A stretch of 64,000 bases of DNA from Fimbriosthenelais zetlandica (GCA_977030845.1 OZ365110.1:20150001-20214000); one strand, 5' to 3'. Shown: positions 29,041 through 43,439, counted from the stretch's first letter. Made by a program: numbers and translations. The notes: generated by a model from the letters alone, not told the origin.

Positions 29041-29609
29041 TTGCCAGTGTATTAGGATTCAAATCAGTGTATTCCGGACCAATCGTAGATGGCTTGAATC
29101 CAGACTGATACAAATATACTTAGACAAGATTGAAACTAATACGTCTGATGCTACAACAACTCTGATTTATGCCGCACTAATTGGGAATCGTTAATACTGC
29201 CAGATGCAGTTAGAACAGGCTGTGTTTAACCAATGTTTTTTCGACTGCAATTTTGATTTGTGAATTATGAATAATTTCCCAGAGATTCTTCACTCTCTTG
29301 GTTCAGTGTGTTTGCCATCCGTGCCTCAGGATAGACCTTGCCCAATTAATTTTCTCAGATTTTAGAATTAAGTCTCATCAGGGTTGTTTGGGAAGAGTGA
29401 AAGGGAGAAGGGAACGCAGCAGCTGCCAATTGCTACCTGATTGCACATGTAGGAGAAACACCTCTAAATGGAATCTGCATCAGGTTTTAAAGATGCATCT
29501 TAACCATTTTTGACTGAGATGAGACTGGTTCAGATATAAACCATATTAATGTACTGTCGTCAATAATTATTCTATCAGCGATTTTCGTGAGCATCTGATC
29601 GATTGTAGT

Positions 29610-29950
29610 CCATCAGTATCCATTTAAATGGCCCAGACGATATGTGCTAAATCCCAACATTGCATTTTGTGCAGCTAAAATTGCTTTGCCAGATTGCTTC
29701 CTGAGGATATATGAGATATATTTCTTTCTGGGGGATATCTGTTCTGTGTCAAAGTGAACTGGGTCGCCCAAAGTGTCCAATTCTACGTCATGCCAGGCCG
29801 CAATCAGCAAATATAAATGAAGGCCGGGTAAGAAGGATAGGGAATCTTGGTTGGATTAGGTTACCTTGGAAACCCCAACTCACAGGAGGAAATTACAGAG
29901 GTATCGATCACTACTGCAAGATACCCAGATTTCCGTTGGAATTACACACA
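29610..29950 (-). mobile_element. CR1/L2-type LINE RT/thumb remnant
   Basis: Minus-strand SFIFADC (cf. LFADD), followed in another frame by KKYISY...KAILAAQNAMLGFSTYR (cf. KYLG...KAxxMLGFIxR). Confidence 0.45.
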
Positions 29951-30184
29951 ATAATTTAAATGCGGAATTGTTATCACTGCGGTTAAATTTCTGGCTTTAT
30001 CCACAAAAATCTATTTTCATAGTTTCTATGTTATCTTTATCTCCGTATTAATTTAAATTTCTAATGTCTTCTAGAAGCAGGCTGAAAAGTGAACTCTGAT
30101 GGGTTTTTTTGTATAAAATTTATAATTGTGCTATAGAAGTTGACTCTGTTCTATGGATCCACCATAGGTCGTAATAATCTCCTT

Positions 30185-30300
30185 GTTTTCCAATTTCTCC
30201 TCTTTTCAACCCCTTAACCCCATGCTTTCAACTGCTCCTCTTCCACTTCCTCTTCCTCTCCCATCCTCTTTCTCTCCATCCCTCTCCCTCTTCTAATAAA
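30185..30300. repeat. CT-rich low-complexity tract
   Basis: Visible polypyrimidine run. Confidence 0.7.
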
Positions 30301-31619
30301 CCTACCACTCCATCACCGCCAGCTACAATCCTCATTTTAACTAGTACAGAACTATTGATTGTAATGAGTGTATGGCGTGTATGGGGTGGGATCAGGCGGC
30401 TAAGTCTCAGTCCAACAAGGACAGGTCTATGACGACCTTTCGTGGTCTGTCTACATTACATCCATGGACACCATGTCAGATTGTGAAGAAGATTAAAGCT
30501 TTCTCCTCAAATCTAACCTTGACAGGGGTCTCTCTAACTCTATTTCTGGCACATGGGGCGTTGCCTCGGGAAAAGTACCTCTAAATAAAGAGACAGGTGC
30601 ATGTCCTGCTTTCTCTTCTTACCTAAATACTTATACTTACATAATGTGTTTTCAGGGTTGGCGTTTCCTTAATTTTTTCCTCACATTCGTCATGCAAAGT
30701 ACCTTTAGGGCCTACATTTTAATTCGCTAAATAAAGGTATTCAAATGACTATTTCACACGTTTGGGTAGAAGTGTGCCTTGTATGACTGATTTTAAGACT
30801 CAAATTTTCATTATTAGTTTAAAATTCAATTAGCATAAGTTTTCTGCATAGATGATTAGAAACGTATAGGCATTCCTATTAGGCAGAGAATTGGTTTACA
30901 AGGGAAATTCTGTAGAGATCGTAGTGTTACAAGGGAGATCGTAGCACACTTCCAATGGCGTTCCAATACTTTCCCCATTATACCTCCTCTCCTGAGGTAT
31001 AGGCATTTTCCTGTGTACAGCTCTGCCCCGACGAAGCAGGCCATAAAATGACCCACACGCTAGTAGTATAGGCAAAGTAGCTAAACAAGCAGGTTCCATG
31101 GAGCCTCGGCTATGGCTACGGCGCCCCAGGGAAGCTGGTGGCGAGAGGTAGACGGAATATTAATGGCCACTACTTCATTAGGCAGGCTTCAGGTGTCGAT
31201 CATCGATCCAATCGAATACTAGGCACTTGTCCCTATTTTCTGAATTAGGGGAGTGCGAAGATGGAGAGGTGGCAGGCTTATTAAACTCATACACTATCTC
31301 ACACCGTCATGACCTCGTTTTTCTATAGGATAGACACTCAATATGCACTCAATCTTTAAGCCTAGCCAACACTAGGCCTATCCTAGAACGCGTAGAAATA
31401 TGTGGGCATCATTTGAAAGCTTCTTCATCCTTATTCAAGCGTCTATCATGAGCCGTTTACCCCTCCAAGCTCTGGAGTTGTCCTTCTTTGGTATATATTA
31501 TTTCCTTTTGGCCATCAAGACTCTTATGAACAATTGATCTAAAATGTATACATGTCTGACAGCAGACAGAAAATAAAATGAAGGGACGTAGAATGAGGCT
31601 TTTAACGTAGACGGTGGGT

Positions 31620-31850
31620 TGTAGAACCTGCCAGCCCAGGAGAGCGTGATTTACTGACGTGAGGGTCAGTCTATGGGTTCATTTCCTAATATTCTACTAA
31701 GGATATTGGATGCAGTGAGGGAGGGAGGGCTTGGTAAAGCCGGATAGTCCACTAACTCGTCCATCATTGATACACTAAAAATAAACCCATTTCTTCTTCT
31801 TGACCGAGTCAAATATGAACTGAAGTGAAGCTGCTGCATACATGGCAATT
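31620..31850 (-). mobile_element. CR1/L2 3' coding remnant
   Basis: Minus-strand RLYQAL...LVEY (cf. LYxALVRPxLEY) and LLGWQVLQ (cf. LxWxxL). Confidence 0.25.
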
Positions 31851-32200
31851 TGTAATAATCCGCGCTACATAGGCCTATATACGTTCCTTTTCTTGCTGCT
31901 ATAGTGGATCTAGTCTAGGTATCTGGTCCTATGTCGATGGTTTCTTACCAATTAATGCTATATTTACATAGGTTCATCTTCAGGGATGCCCTAATTCCAT
32001 GTCTTTTCCCTGAGAACTGTAATTTCCCCTGACCAAATATAACTAAAATATCTGTCTGCCTAGCTTAAATTAAACCACCTCTGACCACTACTATAGGCTA
32101 TAGCCTACTTGCCTCCCATTTTATCAGGCAGAGTACTCGTCAAAACCTCCATAAAATGTTACGAATATCATTTCAAACTTTACTTCATCTTATCTTTCAG

Positions 32201-32256
32201 GTTCGTCGCCTTGATTCACACCGTTTGAACATTCTGAAGCGTAGAGCAGCTGCTGG
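32201..32256 (+). other. Isolated 56-nt exon of an unidentified plus-strand transcript
   Basis: Long pyrimidine tract ending TTATCTTTCAG at 32200, and a perfect donor GG|GTAAGT at 32257. Only frame 0 is open: VRRLDSHRLNILKRRAAAG, protein not recognised. Confidence 0.6.
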
Positions 32257-32929
32257 GTAAGTCCCAATTCTTCCATAAAACTGTCCTCTTGCGACCTTAA
32301 AATTCTAATTTAAGGACCTTTAAGAGCTCTTTAAGCTAACAAAGGCAGGCAACTAGGTGCGGTATTCGCTAGATTTCGCTTTAAAACTATCTTTTTCGCA
32401 AAGAACAAATGTGGCTTATACTTATAATACTGGCATTATTCCATCCAGGAAGGTGTTGAAAAATTAGTAAAAAGTCTGAATGTGTTGGCCTGAGGCCCAC
32501 TTAGACCTCTAATAATATGGTCTGAACTTACATGATTGTATTTTCACTAAAATCCATTCAACAGACTGGTCTTATTTACATTGCAAAACTGAGAAACTAA
32601 TCTGTATGCCAATATACATTTGGGATTCTTTTGTTTTTCTTCTCGGAAAAGGATGCTTTATTATAAAATAATCTAACTGTTCCCTCTATGAATAATAACG
32701 GTCACTTCAAGAATATAGTTTGATTTCTTTATCACAAACAACTCATTCTTATGGGAACAAAGGGATGTTTTTGCAATCCCTTATTTTCTTTCGTCCCCCA
32801 TGCAGCTTTCGATGATATTATCCTCGCTTTTCTCCTTTTCGTTTTTGTTCAGTCTATTGCCTGATTAGTTCCTCTGTTACATACCGGCATTTTCCTTTGG
32901 TGCTCCTGCAGCAGCCTGGCCTCCATCCC

Positions 32930-33280
32930 CTTGTCTGGCCTTATTAGATGTAAAGCCCTCCTTTCAGATGTAATGCTAATGATAGGTAGTCTTCTTCTTT
33001 ACTAGCTAGGCCGAAGGTAACATGAATTAGCTCCCTGTCCATGATGTGGCAAGGAAAGGCATTAATTGCTATGGCTAAAGCTAATAACTTCAGCCTTTTA
33101 CTATTGGCCTGGATATCAATTTGAGAAGGCCACTGCTTTGATTGGGGCAGCAAATGAGGAGGGTTCTTGTTGGCTTTTCCAGATTCTTGGAAAACAGAAC
33201 ATGAAAGAGATTCAGTAACTGTAAGTTTTATGCCATTGCTGACAAAGACGGCCACCCACAGGGGACAGGCTTTCACGGCG
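32930..33280 (-). mobile_element. DIRS-like RT N-terminal remnant
   Basis: Minus-strand SLSPVGGRLCQQW (~33232-33271) matches the PVGGRL...W motif at the start of DIRS1-type RT. Downstream LHLKGGL may correspond to KKxGG. Confidence 0.4.
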
Positions 33281-33384
33281 ATATTAATAAATGTAAAAGC
33301 TTAAATAAAAAATAACCAGGATATTTTTTGTCATTGATCTAAGTGCTTGGAAACCTAGCCACATGAATGAATGAACTTTCTTTG

Positions 33385-33490
33385 CTTCTCCTTCTGTGCG
33401 CCTTCCTTGGCTTGTCCTCTTCTTCTTTGTCTCTGCCTCTCTCTATCACAAGCTCTGCTGTGCCCTCTCCTCTCTCGTTTTTTTCTCGCC
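33385..33490. repeat. CT-rich low-complexity tract
   Basis: Visible polypyrimidine run. Confidence 0.6.
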
Positions 33491-35199
33491 CACGAAATGT
33501 TGAGAACAATTAAACACAATACACCCAATTAGAATATTGCTTTGTCGCAGGACAATAACCAAATATCCTTTCAATCTTCACTTCAGTGTTTTAATTAATA
33601 TTGATTCCATACATTTATGTACTTCATTTAGTATTTCAGTTAACTTGGATATTATTAGGTGGAAATGGAAAATTATCATCACTGGGTGTAAAATCCAAGA
33701 ATCCCTAACATAATAATGATAAATAACCTAATACACACTTCATATTGACTTTTAGAGCTGGCAAAAATAGGTTTGGTCCAACTTAATTCTAGATAGTGGC
33801 TAATCAGGTCCCGTTTGATTCTACCACTAGATATATGAATGGAGATGAATGCTAATTACAAGCACAATAATGAAGTTGTTATCCTCATTGTCTTCCTCCT
33901 GTAATAGATATATGGAAAGGAGGAAACTTGGCGGGGCTCTGCATGGCATATCTACCCAATATCTCGTCTATGTTTGGCTACATCATCCCTCTAGTCTATT
34001 CATACCAACTACTTTGATTGATTACCACTAGTTGTGCTGCTCTTTTTGCAGTAAACCCATTATTTTATTCATATCCTTATTATGATTCACCACTATAGAG
34101 TGGGATAAACAACACCAGGGGATGATTATCAGTGGAGCCACTCTATTGACAGTCATTAGAATGTGCCAATTAACGTCCTTTACATCATAACTCGTTGTTT
34201 ATCTGCATATAGATGAGCCTTCCCCCAGAGCGCATGCATAATCCGGGTTTGCTAGTACAATAATCGCTTAGATAATCCTCTGATGGATCAAGGAAGTACC
34301 CCACTGTGCATTTCCATTGACTTGATCATACTTTCTCAATTTAAAACGGAGAATCTCTGTCATGCTATTTGGTAATTAGCCAAATTATTAAGAATCAAGC
34401 TTTGAATGATGTATTTAAATCGGTTTGAATGGGTCGCCTAGACTTGTATAAGAAAAGAACAATCCGAATGGCTTCGCTATAGGATTACCCGAAGGGAAAT
34501 TGAGATTTGATAACATGAAAAGGGTGACCGAAAAATGAAAGGATCTTTTTCACTTGATACAGGACCAAAGGGTAGTAATTGATAAAGGTAGGATATCATA
34601 CCCAGTCTCAGCCAGGGAAAAGTCTGTTTGGTGTGCCCCAGGCTGTAATCTAGACATTGGCCTGATTTAGATCAAATCAATGTCTCTGTGTAGACGGGTT
34701 GGAATCTATCCCACACCTTTTAGAGATGCTAGGGCTCTGTAATTTCCTCCCTGTACTGCCTTGTGCAAAGCAGAAAAATCGCATGTCAGTTAAATGAGGC
34801 CTCATCATGGTACGGGTTAAAAAGGTCTGATGAAAGCTCATCCGAATAAGGGTAATGCAAAAAATACTGATCAATGTTTTCCAATGTAGATTTTTTATTA
34901 CTGTACTATTTTCTGTACGATGTATGTATACATACATTGTTAAATTTTATGTAAGCTTTTAGTATTTTATATCAAACTAGCTCTATAGTTTACGTGGCTT
35001 TCACCAAAATGTGTATATCTCAGATTGTCTTTCTGCCCTAGGGACGGGTCTGTGGAGATGGGCCTTACCAAGGCTTCGTGGATGTGTTCTTGGTTCTAGT
35101 GATAAAGAGTAAATGCCATCATTCACTTGGGGTCCACATATCTATTTCACACTGAATACCTTCTACACCCATCCTTCCCTTCCTCCTGGTTAGCCACCA

Positions 35200-35430
35200 A
35201 CCACAACAATGAAGGATGCCAGGACAGACAAGAAGCCAGAAGAGCTCAGTCTGGCAGGTCTCTTACAAGCCTCGCCACGTGACCAGCCCACGATCGAAGA
35301 GCAAAAATATATCCTTGGCGGCATTTGATATATGTGGGAAGCTCAATATCGTCAGGGGTATTGTCATTAATATCCCTAGTGGCCAGACATTGTTTACATC
35401 GCTGGTGGAATCGATCAGCCGAAGTGTAGA
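35200..35430 (-). mobile_element. RTE-clade LINE 3' (post-RT) remnant
   Basis: A single minus frame reads DRFHQRCKQCLA...LPTYIKCRQ...LRSWAGHVARL, matching the RTE C-terminal motifs FHQRCLRxIL and RLRWAGHVARM. Confidence 0.65.
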
Positions 35431-36759
35431 GGAGAAGCTGTAGTCAAGGCAAGGCTGGAATGTCCGGTCTGGAGTGTCTGCCGCAACTGACAATACCCAA
35501 TCCAGGTGCACATGGCTGCTCGTCCGTGCTGACACGCGAGCAATGGCTATCTTTAGAGAGACATAGAAGATTTACTGACAGAGAGCAACAGCTAGGGGAA
35601 AGACTTGAGCTTACTTTGCCTAAAAATCTTCAGTCAAGCAATCGTGATTTGCATCCTTTACGTGGTGACATATTTGCACATTGCCTGCTGCTGAGGCAAT
35701 GGGCGTAGGCCTAGTAGTGTGTGAGGTGAATATGGGTATATTTGTGAACATCACATGCTGCTGTCTGTCATGCAGCTGTTTTATCCCAGTCTACACAGGG
35801 TCACTAGTAAGATGTAAATTTGAGCTTTGGCTCATATGTCGTGCCCAATACTCGCTGATTGAAATGCTTGCGATGCAATTGGTTGACCTGCTGACCAATA
35901 ACCACTTGTTTCCGGCAACAAAATAGCATCAGTCAACTTTTATTTCTCTAAGCAATCTTGAGATTATTGCAAGATCATACATCTTATGACATCCCTTTTT
36001 GACATTTTGACCTAAATTACTAAAATGATAGTTTAGAAATGTCTCAGTCCTCTGGATGAATAAGGACAATAATGTAGGTTTTACCCGGGGGCAATGCCTG
36101 CTGCTGGACCAGCATCCAGGCCTCGGGAATTTTAGTGAGAATATTGAAGCTTGGTTTCTTTACTTTAATTCAATAATTGCATGCGCCAAATCATAACGTA
36201 ATTTTAAGAAGTGCCGTTATAGGACAGGCTTAGAGAAACCCTGAAAGAAATTTGGGAAATTTAGAGGCCTACGTAATAAGACACGAGGGTCATCCTTGTT
36301 TCTATGAACTTTGCTAGAGTTGCAAGTCATGAAAATGAAAAGTTGCAAGAATTAGAAGGCAAAAGTCAGCCATCGAGATTTCACTCTCAGAATGTGGACC
36401 CCACGTAGCCCACCAGTCCATGTAGGGGACTTGCATCAGATTTTGTAACCACTGCCCCTCCCTGCTGTACGGGGAGACAATGGGTATGATAATTGGGAAC
36501 TGCAAGAACTGCAGTTTATGAAAATCTAGTTTATCTTACTAATAATCTGATATTCACATCAAGGACCCATCAGGGATCATTGCCTTACGATTCTTGCAAG
36601 TTGAGAACCATCCACAGAAATGTGCAATGTGCTCTTCTCTTCACTTTCCAGATGTTGCCAGTCAATTTTGCCCTATCTTGTCGTGTTTGAAGGCATTTGC
36701 AGTTTTTGGCAGCAAATTCTGAAAGTTCAAAATCCTAGGGCAATGTGTTTGTTGTGCTG

Positions 36760-36960
36760 TTCAAATGGCATGTGATGTCCTCCAGATACCTGAGTTCCCT
36801 TGCCTGATTGCCTTGTTTCTAGTTCCACTAGAAAGAAGCGCTAAAATTCAATTATACCAAATGGATGCTGAGATAGAGTTTCGCGTGAGATTCCTGTCCT
36901 TGCAACAGCCACGTGCCTCCGCTCCAAACACTCCTTTTCTCTGTAAAGGGCCGGCCCTTA
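36760..36960 (-). mobile_element. Possible CR1/L2 3' coding remnant
   Basis: Minus-strand ECLERRHVAVAR (cf. LExVQRRAAR). Weak. Confidence 0.2.
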
Positions 36961-39900
36961 TTTGCATTTACATCTATCTAACCAGATTAAAAATCATTTA
37001 TATGGAAATTAAGCTCCGATAATTCCTTCACCAAGTGTGATTGAAGAATTTATCGCTGCGTTAGATTTGTTCTGTGTCTATATACTTTAGAAATGTTTTC
37101 TAGGGCTTTGTTCACAGTATTGCAGGCTTAATAAGTCCTGATGGAGAGTTCCCGAAACTATAGACAACAGAAAAATGGGATATTTGATTCATCTCTTAAT
37201 TGAATATTTGAGTGAGTGAGCATTTATTTTAATGCCCACTCAGCATTTTCTCATGCCGAACTTTCCTGATACGGTTCTATAAATCTCTGAAAGTCGACCG
37301 ATTCTGCACAGAAAGTGAGTTTCATGAATTCACATTATTCAATACATAATTGAAAGAAATTTCAAGAATTACAAGTACATTTTTATATAAATACCTGTGA
37401 TGGTATCATTTCCTCATTATTAACAGAACTAATGTCTTTCAGATAAGAATTCCTTCAGAAAACTGTAATGTCTCTGAAGACCTCAATTTGGGTTATTGGA
37501 AATTTGGGTTATAAGAAAGAAAGTTTGAACAACAAAACAACTTTGAGTAGAACAATGCCCCGGGCACAAATATTTCCAGGAACAATTCTTTAATAAATAA
37601 TTTAAATGTTTTCAACAGTTTCGGACTAAAAATTTATGAGTAGTCGGTCCCAGCCTATCTAAAACATCTCATAAATATTAAAACTGCATTAAAAGTGCCC
37701 ATGAACTATATTATGGACAGGTTTATCTGTACCATTATTGTTTCAAGCATCGTATGTTACTATAGACCTATACTATAGTAATTATTACACTTGAGGCATG
37801 CAGACCTCTCAATTATTTCCTATGCAAGGTAATCGCTTCTATTTTCGCTCCCCATAGAGATCACAATTTCCATTGAAAAGCAGGCTAAAACCATGATCAA
37901 TCAGAAGAAGATAAACCATGCACTATGATAATTGGAAAAAGTGATAATATCATTTCTGCCCTGGGGCTGGGCGCAGCAAGTCTAATGGAGCCAGGTAGTT
38001 CAGCGATGATTCTGAAGGAAGATTTTCCTTCGCGCGAACACGTGCTGAGAGGAAACCTTGCAATCCTATTAGCTGTCTCCATCCAAGCTGCTAATGGCAG
38101 GATAAGCTCACCCACCTCTGGGTCACTGCTTGCTTACCTTGGAGCTGCTCAGGCTTAGACAATATATGACTCCCGCAGAATACAGTCAGAGTTGGCTCGT
38201 CTCAGTAGAGTATCATTAATAACAGTATACGATCCTACTGTATTCTACCATTGTCCAATAATTACATTGGTCTTTATTTAGGTCACATTAGCTTTAATTC
38301 TCATATGATAAACCGGATGAGAGTAATCTAGGTTAGCGAGGATTCCACAGGGAAAACTTGTAATAAACAAGGTGATTATTTTGTACTTTATTATAATGAT
38401 AGTGTAAGGTAAATGGGAATATAACGATGAGCAAGCTGTTACGCACTAGTAGTATATGGAAATGGAAATATTACTGTGGCTGGAATTATTATTATTAGCT
38501 CATGGAACATTAGAAATAGAATTTTTGATGCTTTGATTCCATGTGATTAACATTTATAATGAAAAACATGCCCAGTGTTATAAATGCATGAAGCCTGGCA
38601 GAATAAGTTGTCTTGGTTTCATTATTGCTTGTCGATTTCCAGCGCTAACTTCAATTCCTCTGAGTACAAGTTAGCAATTCGAAAGTGTCTATAACTATCC
38701 ATATGTTGCTTCTCTTATTTCAAACGATCATTCCCAGCCACCGCTAAGCATGATAATGTGACCACTGCAAGGCAAAGCTTGCTGACTGTCGTCTTCATTT
38801 TTTCCTGATCACATTTCAAAGCTTTCCTCCACCAGTTATACTTATGAGCTCAGATTTCCACTGCCTGTCGAGTTTGGCAGCCCGCCTGCTAGAATATCAA
38901 AGTTCTTCATACATAATTCAATACACACTCTCCGGATGTCATGAACTTCCCAGAGTATTTGCTCCGCTAGAAAGTTTCTCTGCCATTCTAACTCTTACAT
39001 ATTGAGAGATAATGCTCTTATACAGAAGCCATTATGATAAATATCACGTTTTATCAAAATGAATAAAGTTGTGAAGGGGAATATTTTAGAATAAAATATA
39101 AGAATTTAGCTGAGTTTGGTCCTCATAATGCCCATGACATTTATGGGTGAACTAGTTTATCAGCATTCCTGATGGTGCTAGACAGACACCACATTAAAGT
39201 GTCAACTGTGTCTTCCAGCTTCAGCTTCAAAATGTCCAATAGATCTTGCATCAATAATATATATATAAATTGATTATGACAATGATTGAACTATGATTGA
39301 CAACATTCTATGGTATAAATAATGGTATGCTTGTATTGTTTCAAATAATCTTTTTATTTTATCGAGCTTTAAGTAAAATATGTTAATATGTCTTTTATTT
39401 TTTTTCATGTCAGCTTAAATGTTTAATAAGAATATTAATGGGTGTTTCCACTGTGCACTGATGCTGGCCAACCATATAACTGTCATGTTGCCTGGCAATA
39501 AAATATGTGATGTATGTTGCCAGGGTTAGGGGGCGCCTGATGTTCACACAGTCTTAGCCTGACCATAACCTGGTAATTAGATCACATGCTTAAAACCTGG
39601 CACGGTAAGAGCTGTTCGTGTGTGTCACCCAGAGGCTTGGACCTGACAGAACAGCGTAAAAGAAATATTCGACCACAAGAGCCTGCAGGCCATGTTATCC
39701 ATCAAGCTGATGTGGAGCAGCTACCGCCTCCTATATTCCATCTCCTACTCCATCTCTGACTCAAGCCTCCTCTTTTGGCTTCTCTCCTTGCTCTATTTTC
39801 TTCACTTATACCCCTGAACATTCTCCCTGTCCCTCACTCTTCTGCTCCTGATATTCCCTTCTTTCTTTGTTTTCAAGTCTTCCTCCTTTGTTCATTCCTT

Positions 39901-39981
39901 GTCCTCCTGCTTGCAGGTTAAGGGTCATCCACATGACCCCCAACCTCCTCCTTTATCAATTTCATTCTTCTTCCTCTCCAG

Positions 39982-40153
39982 GTATAGCAGCTGATTGGTT
40001 AACAGTCAAAATGAGATCTCAATGTCCTTGGCAAAACTTCAATGTCTGAAGTGTTTGAGACTATTGCTTAATTGGTTTTGTATTGAGAGAGGACTCAACC
40101 TTGATGAATGGTCTTGCTGTTCACAGTTTCTAGTATGTTTCATATAACCTGCG
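39982..40153 (+). other. Candidate non-coding exon (172 nt)
   Basis: TTCTTCTTCCTCTCCAG acceptor after a long CT tract, and donor GCG|GTAAGC at 40154. All three frames contain stops. Confidence 0.25.
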
Positions 40154-41849
40154 GTAAGCAACTTCTCCCTTGATGTCCAATGCACCTATTTCGGCAGACT
40201 TTTGCTTTAAAATGTTGTTAGAATAGTCTGATAAGTTCTGATAAGCCGGCCTTTGCTTCCCTTAACACGTGCAGACTACCCTCTGTAAAGCACCATCTCA
40301 CACTTCCATAATCCCAAATCCCACACATGTGCCAACAGAGACCTTGAAGTCCTTGCATCAAACCAAAAAACAGTAGCTAGCCTTGAAAATCAAAGCATTT
40401 CAAGTCTTTAGAAATGTACTTAGAGGGCGCTGTAGAGAGCGTCTGGTGTTTTGAGCTATTGGTGCTAAAAGACAGTCAGTATCAGCCCACACCAAAGTCT
40501 ATTGAGTATGTTCTATGGCTTTAATCAGGGCTTTTTATGTAGCCTGTACTTAGTGTCCCTACCCACTGTGCTGTCAGAAACATATGGCTAATCAGGCCAT
40601 TTTAAAGCAGTCCTTGGATTGTTTTTGTCAGTAGGGGTCGTTTTATCTCCCATCTTCTGTTTACCACAAGGATGTACTCGCCTGTGAACAGATTGCAAGG
40701 CCATCAATCAATGCCTTTTATTATAGATGGAAGCTAGACCAAGTCAATACGGACCAAGTGGTCTTTGATTTGATTGATGGCTGCATTTCGAGTTTACTGT
40801 CAGTAATATATTCAAATGGCCAAAAGGTCAAACTGGTCTCCCTCCAACGTTGGGGCAGAAGAGTCGTCAATCTCATGAGGATGGTGGGGAGTCTAATCGA
40901 TGGCCATGAAATCGTATGTGTGGCTAATGATCCTTTTTTATGACGGTGGATCTATTCATAGATCGATTCATACAAACATACTTGACAGAATTTACATAGT
41001 CATGCATGATATTTATAACGAACAAGTCCAATCCCATTGACCCTATTCTCTCTCATGCATGTACCTTTCGTTAGGATTTTCCCATGGGTTATGTCGTCGG
41101 GTATGTCGTCCCAAGTCATTGCAAAAAACCATCTCAGATTCGAGCCCATCTAGAGCTCCAAATATTCTGTTCGTGAAATTGTCAGCAGTAATTCTAATAC
41201 TCGCATTACATTATGCACAGTTACAAGTATTTGGCTGAAGTATTTGAAGGTTTCGATTGCTAAAATTGTTGGTTTTGAACATTAGTACAGAGGGAAGGTT
41301 TAATACAACCCATCCCTCCCCGAGTGTTAGCAGAGACCTACCGGTGTGTATTGGGAGTAATATTAAAGGGTAAACGTCATGCTGTCCTTGAGCAGCGGAC
41401 GTCAAGTGTCATTTATGACATTTTACAGCCTGCCTATAAGAAGCACGTGTGAGGAGGGAGACAAGGCCTTGTGACGGCACCAGAATACGCTACATTTCTC
41501 TCTCTACATTCATGAATATTTAATAGCAACCAACTCATGGAGAACCTCAATGGCATATTCATGATAGATTATAGTTATTTTGGTCAGGCAGTTCTCACAA
41601 TGAAATATTAATATATTCATTATTCCTATGTCAGATCTTTTGTGTGGAAATTTCAATAGGCTATTTCGAAATTCACGCTTTAGGGATTCAGGACAGGCAG
41701 AGTAGAGGTGTCCTCATTGCCAATATCTGACCCTGAGCAACGTCGCCTGTCCCCGTTTATCTTGCCAATATAAAGCCCATAGTGCAAAGCAGCGATGGAA
41801 AAAGCTAAGATGGCGCTTACTCATTATGACAGTAAGCCTCCCAAGCTTC

Positions 41850-42120
41850 TATGGCATGACAACATGCAACCCCAGCCCGTCCCTGTACAAGTGCCCAGTG
41901 CCAATCACTAAGTGCCCGTGTAAATCGGACAGAGTGTCTTCACCTTCTAATAGGCTATGGACGTACAACGACAAATCTCCCTATTCAATCGCTCTAACGT
42001 CCCGTTCCTGTTTCCGAAGAATGAGTATTTGCTGCGTTATTTCCACCAGAGCCAGAGGACAAGGGACAGGGCATGTAGAATCTAGGCACAGAATGAATAT
42101 GATTTTCTCCGAGTTACAGA
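41850..42120 (-). mobile_element. LTR-retrotransposon (Gypsy-like) integrase core remnant
   Basis: Minus-strand GNRNGTLERLNREI (~41973-42015) matches the integrase motif NGxxERxNRxI. Confidence 0.3.
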
Positions 42121-42149
42121 TAGAAAAAGATTAATTTATCTCTGAGGTA

Positions 42150-42750
42150 CAGATAGAAAAATAGTTTCCAAGGTGTGTGAAGGCAGTCTTATCAAAGATA
42201 TACATCCCCATGCATGATGATCCTCCGTCATTGAATGTTATTGCATATCAGAGAAAATGCACAGGTCTGCATCACTTTAGTAATAACATCCGAGAAGCTT
42301 CGATAAATATTTGACAGGCGTCATTTGGACTAGAACTCACAGATCTCCAGACAATGTTGGTTCAGGTGTTGCTGATTAATATTGGAAATTGGCCAGCTTC
42401 TAGTTTTAGTTTTCTTCTCTGCATCAAGAGACAAAATGGTGAACAAGAGGATTGGGTCCTGTTGCAATCATCCATGCTTGTCACCACATCTGTGCCTACC
42501 CTCTGTACTGTGATTTAAGCCACCCCAACATTTCGAAGGCAAAAAGGGCATACTAGACCTGTCATTCCTTTACAATTATTTCCCTCTGCCATATACATTA
42601 TTCAATCAGAAGGGAGAACCAGGCCATTCCTTCTGTCCAAATCAATTAATTATATGTATAACCAACACTGGTCACTAACATCGAATGAATAAATTGCACT
42701 GACTTTTGTTTTCCCGACAATATAATTTCTGCTTAGAACTCTGCATGAGA
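42150..42750 (-). mobile_element. LINE RT remnant
   Basis: Minus-strand LIDLD, WLKSQYRG and SLLFTI, in RT subdomain order. Heavily decayed. Confidence 0.25.
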
Positions 42751-43439
42751 AGTACCACCTATATCTATATACAAAATTGTCAATCTCATGAACTGATTGA
42801 ACATGCAGAAATTCTCGAAAACAAACGATAGTATTTACGACAAATACGAAGACTGAACACCTTCGGACCGTCTTCCCATTTTTGATCGAAAAATTTCAAT
42901 TTCTGGGCAAGAATGACTCCGGCTAGAAGCGTTGCTCGGGGATTTACCAAGCTTTATAAAACATTGCCCTCTTCAGAAGAGAATTTTGTCTGTTCTTTTT
43001 TTCCTGTAGCATTCGGTGAAGGCACCCTTTGGTGAACAAATAGAGTGTATAATAGGCTATACAACCAGAAGCTGTATCGATTGTTCCTGAACCCAATCCT
43101 TTGATCCCCTGTCTATATTCCCCCTGCCTGTAGAGAAAATTCGAAGAATACACTTGTACGCATGGTCTGGAATCAAACAGAGTATAGGGATACTTGATAG
43201 TTCCGATGATTGGACAGTGCTCGCATAATAGACTATTTGTAGGGTTTCAGCTAGGGTAAAGTTGGGAAATGTCAATTCAGTATGGGTTCATAGATTGAAA
43301 TATAAGTGCCTTCACCATATGGCTTTGTGAAGACTTTCTTTCATCTTGTCTTTTGATCAGCGGCATAATACCATCTCAAATGCCTATACCTTATCAAATT
43401 CATCCTGGCACAAGTTATGATTGGGTGGATGGGTGAATA

